From positions 1 to 10,685 of the forward strand of contig JABCTZ010000043.1 of NCBI GenBank assembly GCA_018238155.1: DNA of 10,685 bases. Direction: 5' to 3'. The DNA comes from Candidatus Heimdallarchaeota archaeon. Its GTDB lineage: Archaea; Asgardarchaeota; Heimdallarchaeia; JABLTI01. Position 1 is the stretch's first letter, and every line of letters begins with the position of its first letter. Both the position numbers and the translations under genes were made by a program. The notes beneath the pieces were generated by a model. That model was not told the origin of the DNA. It saw only the letters and a program-made list of their open reading frames with translations, and did no database searches. Below are positions 1 through 7,205 of this stretch, piece by piece.

Positions 1-395
1 TTAAAAATAACAAAGACATAGCTACCATAAGCTGGAATGGGAAAGCTTCCTTCAGCTGAGAGACTAATAGAATCTGATAATAGATAATACTCACAGGTCG
101 GATCAGAAAAATCAAGGGTTAAAATATAATTAACTTTTTCAAAGTTCGCTTGAGTGAAAAGTAATACTTCGTGGCGATAAGAATCTGAGAGAGTATAGGA
201 CCAATTAATAACATAATCAGTTTGCAAAGGTTCATCGTACTCAATAGCTACAAACCATTCGTACAATAAGACAGCACTATCTGTATTGATTGTGCCTGAA
301 GAGAAGGTAAATAGAGAAGAACTCATCGGTAATGATCCAATAAGTGATAAAATGAGTAAATTGAAGATGATTTGTTTTGTATTTATAACACTCAC
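1..395 (-). CDS. Partial (3'-truncated by window edge) secreted/membrane-anchored beta-sandwich protein, possibly GOLD/emp24-like
   Basis: Manual translation: open frame of 131 codons from GTG at 395 (in-frame TGA immediately upstream) to the window edge, MSVINTKQIIFNLLILSLIGSLPMSSS...VINWSYTLSDSYRHEVLLFTQANFEK...SAEGSFPIPAYGSYVFVIF. N-terminal hydrophobic signal-like stretch. SD-like AGGAGTGG on the minus strand at 410-403. Absent from the ORF track, presumably because there is no stop in the window. Confidence 0.85.
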   Translation of the reverse strand, partial: MSVINTKQIIFNLLILSLIGSLPMSSSLFTFSSGTINTDSAVLLYEWFVAIEYDEPLQTDYVINWSYTLSDSYRHEVLLFTQANFEKVNYILTLDFSDPTCEYYLLSDSISLSAEGSFPIPAYGSYVFVIF

Positions 396-428
396 TCATT
401 TTCCACTCCTGTAAATACTCGATAAAAA

Positions 429-1380
429 TAACTTGATTTTTACTTGAACCTTTTCTGAATTATAATGAATAGTATCATCATGTCAATCAACACTTAAAAA
501 CAATGCGAAATAAAAAGAATTTCCACTATTTATTGAAGCTAACTTGAAGAAGAACTCATGTTTACTTGAGCTATATTAATTAGTTTAATATTGAAAAATC
601 TATTTTTGGTATTCAAGACTATGTATTATATATAAACAAGAATAGGATTTAAACAAGTCTGTGTATAAGCTATTACTTGAACATTCCTTTCTCCATTAAT
701 TTTTTTAAAATATTACTGATTTGTAATTCTTTCCTAAAAGGGAATTTCTTGAAATTTTCTAGTTCATTTGTAATTACTCCTAAGAACAGTTAGAAGATAT
801 TGGCTTAAACTTCTAGGTAGGAAATAAGTACTCATTTCTAAATAACACTTAAATAACTCTTTAACCTACAAGCATCTCCTATGTTACAGAAAATACAAGA
901 AGATAATTTGCCTTTATTTCTTATTTGGAACAATGAAACTCAATGTTATTTCATAAACAACGAACTGATAATTGATGGTATTGGTTAAATTTGTAATCAA
1001 TACAAATGTAACAGGATCAAGTGTCAAATATTTGACTACAATCAGTTAGAAATTTCCTTTTCCTTCAGTTCTCAAAGAAAGATTGAAATTATTTTCGAAA
1101 TTGCTCTCGAAGAGATTCAATTTCACTTTGCACTTCTTCTAGAAATTCATTTACAAATGTTCTTAAATCTACATTTAGAATAATAATAAGAAAAGAATAA
1201 TAAATGATTCAACAGACTGTAAATCTGCTAATATTGACAAGATAAAACCTCAACTTAGATGAAACAAGAATCCTGTATCAAGGACAATCTTTGTGTTTTT
1301 GAGGTAAGCTCAAATATTAGATGATTAAGAGTTGATAGCTTTAGATATGCTTAAAGAAATATTGATACTTACTAACTTGA
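429..1380 (+). repeat. Dispersed octamer TWACTTGA, six copies in the divergent intergenic region (starts 429, 440, 540, 562, 673, 1373)
   Basis: Read directly: TAACTTGA at 429, 540, 1373; TTACTTGA at 440, 562, 673. Function is inferred only. Confidence 0.6.
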
Positions 1381-1394
1381 AAAGCAATCTTAGA

Positions 1395-1402
1395 TTTATA
1401 TA
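1395..1402 (+). promoter_or_regulatory. Archaeal TATA box of the ABC operon
   Basis: TTTATATA ending 47 nt before ATG 1450. Matches the archaeal TTTAWATA consensus. Predicted TSS about 1425-1427. Confidence 0.55.
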
Positions 1403-1426
1403 TCATTCATTGTTTAGGGATATGGA

Positions 1427-1453
1427 ATGATTGCTATGTGGGATTATAAATGA
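1427..1453 (+). other. Putative leaderless 8-codon upstream ORF (MIAMWDYK*) overlapping the permease start via ATGA
   Basis: ATG ATT GCT ATG TGG GAT TAT AAA TGA. Its TGA (1451-1453) overlaps ATG 1450, and its start is close to the TSS predicted from the TATA box. Confidence 0.25.
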
Positions 1454-4329
1454 CTGTAGAAGATTCGACTGATAAGAAGAAATTAATTAATTTTTTTGGT
1501 ATATATTTTACTATACACCTAAAAACTAATCGGCGAAAAATAATTCTATCAATAATTAATAGTATTCTTTTATATCTCATAATTATTTCAACCTTTACGA
1601 TTTGGAGTATTAATAAAGGACAAGATTTCAATACTTATTTCACTTCAAAAGAAAACTGGAAAGAAGATGGAGTCTTTAGTGCTTATTTCAGTACCGAACA
1701 ATTTAATCTAATAGAAGAATTTGCTCAAACTTCTCTTGATACTACCATCATTGATATTCAAAATGAACTATCTAATGAAATACAAAATATTATTTTCACG
1801 CAAACAACAGGTCTAATAAGTATAGAATTTTTTCAGAATAATGGTTCATCATATAATTCTTATGGACTTAATAGCTTAAATAATGAAACAAGCTTTTTGT
1901 TAAACAATTGTCTAATAGCAGGTCGTTTACCTGAAAATTCTACAGAGATATTGTACCATTCAGATGAAGAATCTGTAACTAGTTTCAACACTAGTGATAT
2001 TATAACTTTACAAGCATCACCTGTCTTTGAATCGATGAAGAAAAATCTCACAATAGTGGGTATTATAGGTAATTTGGATTCAAATCTTTCGAAGGAAAAT
2101 TACTCAGTAGATATTCTTGATTGGCAGAAAAACATTGCTCGGTCTAGTTCGAAATTTACTCCCGATGAAAACTTTTTCTCATTACCTGATATATTTTTCA
2201 ATCTACTCAATTCTTTTGACACTAGGAGTTGTAGTGGAGCAGTGTTAATTGATTTTCAATATAATCTAACTTTGGTGGATAGTAACAAAATCAATACATT
2301 CATTTCTAATACTGAAACTTTGGCAAAAGGAATAACACTCAAAACAGGTGAGACATTCTATGTGGGATTAGATGTTTTACGAGAGTTAATTTCCTATAGA
2401 ACTCACTGGATCCAAGAAACATTCATGATATTAATATTACAAATTCCAATCCTTTTCTTACTTGGATTTTTCTTCTTTGAAATATTTCATAGTTTTAAAT
2501 CTACTATACAAACTAACTTTAGACAAGTATTGGTCCAAGGTGTAAGTAAAAAGGACATTCAAAAACTTATTTTCATGGAAGCGATTCTTATTCAAATTAT
2601 CAGTCTTGTAGTAGGAATAATTTTAGGTATTTTAAGCAGTTTCCTTTTATCAAGAATATTTTTCAAGATGAACAATTTTAGAAAAGTACTTCTTCAAGCG
2701 TTTATTACACTACCGATAGCAATAGTACTATTTTTCGGTTTTCTTATATTTTTAATTATTCTAAATAATAAAATGCTCAAAGATGTTCCATTACTAAAGT
2801 CAAAAAGAATGAAGGTAGGACAGAATAAGCAGACCAGAATTATTTCAATGAAAGAAATTAGTGTCTTGGTTATTGGTTTGACACCTTTTTGTATTGGTTT
2901 ACTTATTTCTATTGTAATGCCTTCAATGCCTCCCATAAGTGGAAATGCTGAACTGACTGCTTATTCCAGTTATGTGTGGTATTGGTTAATATCGCAATCG
3001 TTTATGTACTTTGGTGGGATTGTTTTTGCAGTTGGTTTATTATCAGTTATTTCAAAGATTTTCACCAGTTTTTATTCATATCTAGGAAAAAGATTATGGG
3101 AAAAATGGAAGAATCAAATAACACTCTCACTACTGAGCTTTTCCTTTAACAAAAAACATTTTAGAAAAATACTTTTTACGTTACTGATAATAGGATTTGG
3201 TATTCTTCCTGGGTTTATCATTAAACCTTCTGTTACTAAACATATTGATTTAGAAGCAAATCTAGCTTCTGGTGGATCTGATCTAATTATTTATGGTTGG
3301 GAAAAGAATAAAGAATTACAACATTCAATTGAAAATATTGATGGAGTGATAAATTCTACTGAAGTGAATCTATATAAAATTGAATCCGAATTCTATAATG
3401 AAAAGGACCAACTTATTTCATTTAATTTCCATTTACTTACTATCTTCGAACCAACCAGTTTCGTCACTATTGTTGATTTTGAAAGATTTGATGATACAAA
3501 TTACTATTCAGAGGAGATAAATCTACTACAATCTAATTTAACTTGCATGATAGATGAGAACTATGCAAAAAAGAATAAATTAGCTCAAGGAGAAATTCTG
3601 CATAATCGACAGCTATGTGAAGCAAAGGATATATTTCAATTGAAGTATATAACCTCTTTTATTTATTTTCCACTCCTCCCACAATTTGACCTTACAGATC
3701 AATCTTTAAAACCGGATGCTTTATTTGTTATGAATGGTGACACAACAAATACATTTCTGATTAATGCTAAGAATTTGACAATAACATCACATTCCTATTT
3801 GCTTATTGATTTAGAAGATAATGTAGATATTATCTCAATAATAAACAGTATCGAAGAAGACAGTAATCTTTCTGTAAAAACAGATGAGATGATAAAAACT
3901 GAATTATTAAAAAATATCAATGAATTTATCTTTGATGTATTTATCATATGGTGTCTGTTAATAAGTTGTTATCTTATTTTGTATATGGTGTTAAAAGCAG
4001 GTGTAATTTTCAAGGAAAGAAAACCTATTTTAGAAAATGAATATAGATTAGGTAAGAGTAAACTCAATATGAGTATATCTTTTCTAATAGAAATAAGCTT
4101 CTATAGTATTATCCCCATTATATTGACAATAATACTAAATACATCAACTTTGAGACTAGTTTGTATAAATCTGCTGAATACACCTCAATTGTATAAGATA
4201 TTTAAATTGAATTTACCTTTCTGGTTACTTTTATCTCTATTCATTTTATTAGTAGGGATTACAGTACAAGGATGGTCAATTGAAATGATAAGGCAAATAA
4301 GAAGATTTAGAATGATTAAGCAAGAGTGA
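1450..4329 (+). CDS. Large FtsX/MacB-type ABC transporter permease (two extracytoplasmic domains, two FtsX TM modules), subunit A
   Basis: 959 aa. N-terminal TM, large soluble domain with MacB-PCD-like GRLPENSTEI and LTIVGII motifs, TM cluster with degenerate coupling motif (LVQGVSKKDI), second ectodomain beginning GGSDLII, C-terminal TM cluster (YRLGKSK). In an operon with a LolD-type ATPase. Confidence 0.88.
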   Translation: MTVEDSTDKKKLINFFGIYFTIHLKTNRRKIILSIINSILLYLIIISTFTIWSINKGQDFNTYFTSKENWKEDGVFSAYFSTEQFNLIEEFAQTSLDTTIIDIQNELSNEIQNIIFTQTTGLISIEFFQNNGSSYNSYGLNSLNNETSFLLNNCLIAGRLPENSTEILYHSDEESVTSFNTSDIITLQASPVFESMKKNLTIVGIIGNLDSNLSKENYSVDILDWQKNIARSSSKFTPDENFFSLPDIFFNLLNSFDTRSCSGAVLIDFQYNLTLVDSNKINTFISNTETLAKGITLKTGETFYVGLDVLRELISYRTHWIQETFMILILQIPILFLLGFFFFEIFHSFKSTIQTNFRQVLVQGVSKKDIQKLIFMEAILIQIISLVVGIILGILSSFLLSRIFFKMNNFRKVLLQAFITLPIAIVLFFGFLIFLIILNNKMLKDVPLLKSKRMKVGQNKQTRIISMKEISVLVIGLTPFCIGLLISIVMPSMPPISGNAELTAYSSYVWYWLISQSFMYFGGIVFAVGLLSVISKIFTSFYSYLGKRLWEKWKNQITLSLLSFSFNKKHFRKILFTLLIIGFGILPGFIIKPSVTKHIDLEANLASGGSDLIIYGWEKNKELQHSIENIDGVINSTEVNLYKIESEFYNEKDQLISFNFHLLTIFEPTSFVTIVDFERFDDTNYYSEEINLLQSNLTCMIDENYAKKNKLAQGEILHNRQLCEAKDIFQLKYITSFIYFPLLPQFDLTDQSLKPDALFVMNGDTTNTFLINAKNLTITSHSYLLIDLEDNVDIISIINSIEEDSNLSVKTDEMIKTELLKNINEFIFDVFIIWCLLISCYLILYMVLKAGVIFKERKPILENEYRLGKSKLNMSISFLIEISFYSIIPIILTIILNTSTLRLVCINLLNTPQLYKIFKLNLPFWLLLSLFILLVGITVQGWSIEMIRQIRRFRMIKQE

Positions 4330-7205
4330 TGAAAATAATGTACCAAAAAAATGAACTGAAAGTTAAAAAAACACCTAACTTTAAGATTTTGCTTAAAGTA
4401 ATCTTTCATTCAAATAAAAAATCAGTATTTTTAACTTCATTTATATCACTTTTGATGTTCGTTTCAGTTACTACACTAGTGATGACTTGGCATACAAATC
4501 AATACAATTGTATGATTAATTATTTTGAGGGATATGATTGGAATAATGATTATCAAGTAAGTGCTTATAGTGCAAATGAAGGGTGGGACACTTTCCCTGA
4601 AAATCTATTGGATGATATTATGAATTCAATGAGAAACGATGTTAATAAGATAATTCCAGGTATAATACCTCAAAAAACTTCAGGATTATTCTCAACAGTG
4701 CTAAACTCTGATACAAGTAAGATATATGAAGTGTGTACTTCTACAGATGAGATTATTGATTTGATGAGTGAACATATTAATTCAGGGAGGATGCCACTAA
4801 CGTATGATGAAATTGTTTATTTGCAAATGAGAAATAAAACATTATTCAATTTAGATGATGTTATCAGTTTATATACAAGCGGTTTATATCCCGTTTCTCT
4901 AAATTTTACCGTAGTGGGAATAATAGAAGATGCGGATGCTATTTTATATCAAGATGGTTATTCAAAAGATATCTTAAGGTGGGAGGGATTATTAGATGAT
5001 ACTAGTCATTCATTTGAGAATGAACAAATATTTGAAGCAATGTTTTTTACAAGCAAACCACTCTATAAAGAAATTTCCCTTCTGGACTATTTACCAGTCC
5101 AAGCTATTGTCTGTGATTTTAATTATGATACCACTAAAATTAGATTAAATGGATTAAAGAAATATATCAGTTCATTTGATAATATACGTGACTCTTGGCT
5201 TTATAACTATAAAAATGATGAAGGTTTATCAAGACAAACTTCTTTAAATTCCTTCTGGGATCTGGCAAACAAGCTAGAATACTTTAACATAATTATGAGA
5301 AAAGAGACACTCCGAATTATGATTTATTTTTTGCCTGTTTTGGCAATCATGATTTTCTCAATAATTGAGGCAATAAATTTCAGTAAAAAATCATTGCTTT
5401 CTAGTTTTTGGTTGATGAAAATCCAGGGAGTTGAAGATGATCAGCTAAAGGAAATCATAAAGCTCAAAGCTATATATATGAATTTAGTGATAGGTGTATT
5501 AGGTATAATTTTGAGTTTACTTTTAGGTTCTGTATTAAAAGTAGCGTTATATCCCAATATTTCAGTTGGAAAATATCTAAGTGGTTTGGTGAATCCCTTA
5601 TTATTATATATAATTGTTCTTGCTTTTAGCTTTGTTATTATTACTGAATATCTTTTGTTGAGAAACTATCTAAATAATACTGTAGATACACAGTCTGATC
5701 GATACATTGTAAAATCAAAGAAGCTTCTTAAAAAAATACTAACCAAAGAAGAAGTATTGATATCTCTTCTAGGATTATTGTTATTCTCAATAGGTTTTAC
5801 AGGACTGATTCTATTGAATGAACCTATGACAATCATAAGTGATCCTTTAGTTAATTTTCAAAACTTCTTTACCATTTTTTGGACATTATTTCTTACAGGG
5901 ATATTCTGTCTTTCTATTGCAATTCTATTAGTGTTAGTTAAACTAGTTCTTTTCATTTCACAAAAAATATTTGAAATAGTTTGGAAAAGTCGAAGAAATT
6001 ACCTTACATTATCACTTAAATCATCAAATTTCAATTTAAATCCATTAAGGAACCTATTAATAATTTTACTAATTGCTGGAACTATACTTTATCCAGGAAT
6101 GATTTTTAGAAAATCACATAGTGAACATATAATTGTTGAATCTAATCTTGCATTAGGTTGTACTGATATCTTAGTAACAAATTGGAATTCTAATGAGTCA
6201 CTTAAGAAGGAAATCGAAACTTTACCCAATATCCTGTGTACTGCTAAGGTCACCAAATATCACTATGAATATTTCTCTCTAAGTATATTGAAATCGTGGA
6301 ATTGTGAATTGGATATACTTGCACTACATAATCTCACTGAGTTTAATCAAGTAGTAGACTTTTCTAAAATTAATTCTGAGGTACTATCTGATAAAATTAA
6401 TTTACTAAAGGAGCAACACTCATTTTTAGTGGATAAACATTTTGCAAAACAGTATAACAATTTTGAAGGAATTGATATTTATAGCACAGATTATTGGAAT
6501 CCCACAAATGAAATTCTCTTAGAATACATTGGCTCTTATGATCACTTTCCATTATTAACACAAATGCATACTCTTCCATTTGAAATGTTTGAACCGACAT
6601 TTACTATGGTTATGACTGATATAAATGCTCAATTATTAGTAGATATAAACCCTTCAAATTTTGCCCCTAAAGGTTTTCTATTGATAAAAACGAATTCAAA
6701 AAATAATGCTGAGATACAAAAATATCTACTTGATAATTATGACTTAAATACTAAGGTATCATCAGACACTTTAAATGAACTAAATGTTTTTAATACCAAT
6801 TTTAGAGAATACTTCTTAATAATTCTAGTAATTCTTATTGCTATACTTCTCTTATTACTCGGTTTTATAAGCTCTAGCAACACCTTTCAAAATAATATTC
6901 AATCAATAGAAGCATCTTATAGAGTAGGGGCAACTAAAAGACAATTATTTGTGAGTTATTCACTGGAACTACAAATGGTAATCTTATTCCCTCTCTTGAT
7001 TTCAGTTATTGGGGGATTCTTTCTGCAAAAAGCACTTTCAAGTTTTCTCTATAATTCTCTGATAACATATAAACCAATAGAGCTTTGGATCCCCATTTGG
7101 TTAATTGGGGTAATATTATCTGTAGAATATGTTTCTCTAATGCTTGGGTGGTCTTTAAAATTCTCCTATGATTTGAAATCCTATCAACCAATTAGACAAG
7201 AGTGA
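4326..7205 (+). CDS. Large FtsX/MacB-type ABC transporter permease, subunit B (paralog of the upstream gene); start may be GTG 4326, ATG 4329 or ATG 4338
   Basis: Same topology and collinear motifs as subunit A: GRMPLTYDEI, FTVVGII, YSKDILRW, MKIQGV, ESNLALGCTDILV, HFPLL, YRVGATKRQL, C-terminal IRQE. Overlaps the upstream stop. Confidence 0.88.
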   Translation: MMKIMYQKNELKVKKTPNFKILLKVIFHSNKKSVFLTSFISLLMFVSVTTLVMTWHTNQYNCMINYFEGYDWNNDYQVSAYSANEGWDTFPENLLDDIMNSMRNDVNKIIPGIIPQKTSGLFSTVLNSDTSKIYEVCTSTDEIIDLMSEHINSGRMPLTYDEIVYLQMRNKTLFNLDDVISLYTSGLYPVSLNFTVVGIIEDADAILYQDGYSKDILRWEGLLDDTSHSFENEQIFEAMFFTSKPLYKEISLLDYLPVQAIVCDFNYDTTKIRLNGLKKYISSFDNIRDSWLYNYKNDEGLSRQTSLNSFWDLANKLEYFNIIMRKETLRIMIYFLPVLAIMIFSIIEAINFSKKSLLSSFWLMKIQGVEDDQLKEIIKLKAIYMNLVIGVLGIILSLLLGSVLKVALYPNISVGKYLSGLVNPLLLYIIVLAFSFVIITEYLLLRNYLNNTVDTQSDRYIVKSKKLLKKILTKEEVLISLLGLLLFSIGFTGLILLNEPMTIISDPLVNFQNFFTIFWTLFLTGIFCLSIAILLVLVKLVLFISQKIFEIVWKSRRNYLTLSLKSSNFNLNPLRNLLIILLIAGTILYPGMIFRKSHSEHIIVESNLALGCTDILVTNWNSNESLKKEIETLPNILCTAKVTKYHYEYFSLSILKSWNCELDILALHNLTEFNQVVDFSKINSEVLSDKINLLKEQHSFLVDKHFAKQYNNFEGIDIYSTDYWNPTNEILLEYIGSYDHFPLLTQMHTLPFEMFEPTFTMVMTDINAQLLVDINPSNFAPKGFLLIKTNSKNNAEIQKYLLDNYDLNTKVSSDTLNELNVFNTNFREYFLIILVILIAILLLLLGFISSSNTFQNNIQSIEASYRVGATKRQLFVSYSLELQMVILFPLLISVIGGFFLQKALSSFLYNSLITYKPIELWIPIWLIGVILSVEYVSLMLGWSLKFSYDLKSYQPIRQE

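Noticed and set aside
277-399. Minus-strand ORF from ATG 399 (MSECYKYKTNH..., 40 codons)
   Set aside because: Overlaps the longer signal-peptide-encoding frame starting at GTG 395 and has no recognisable features.
1083-1306. Cluster of weak inverted repeats (TGAAATT/AATTTCA, CATTT-AC-AAATG, ACCTCAA/TTGAGGT) suggesting a structured ncRNA
   Set aside because: Short AT-rich stems are expected by chance, and there is no covariation evidence available.
396-1449. CRISPR array, tRNA or replication origin in the long intergenic region
   Set aside because: No 24-47 bp regularly spaced repeats, no cloverleaf, no G-string ORB boxes and no adjacent cdc6/orc1 or cas gene.
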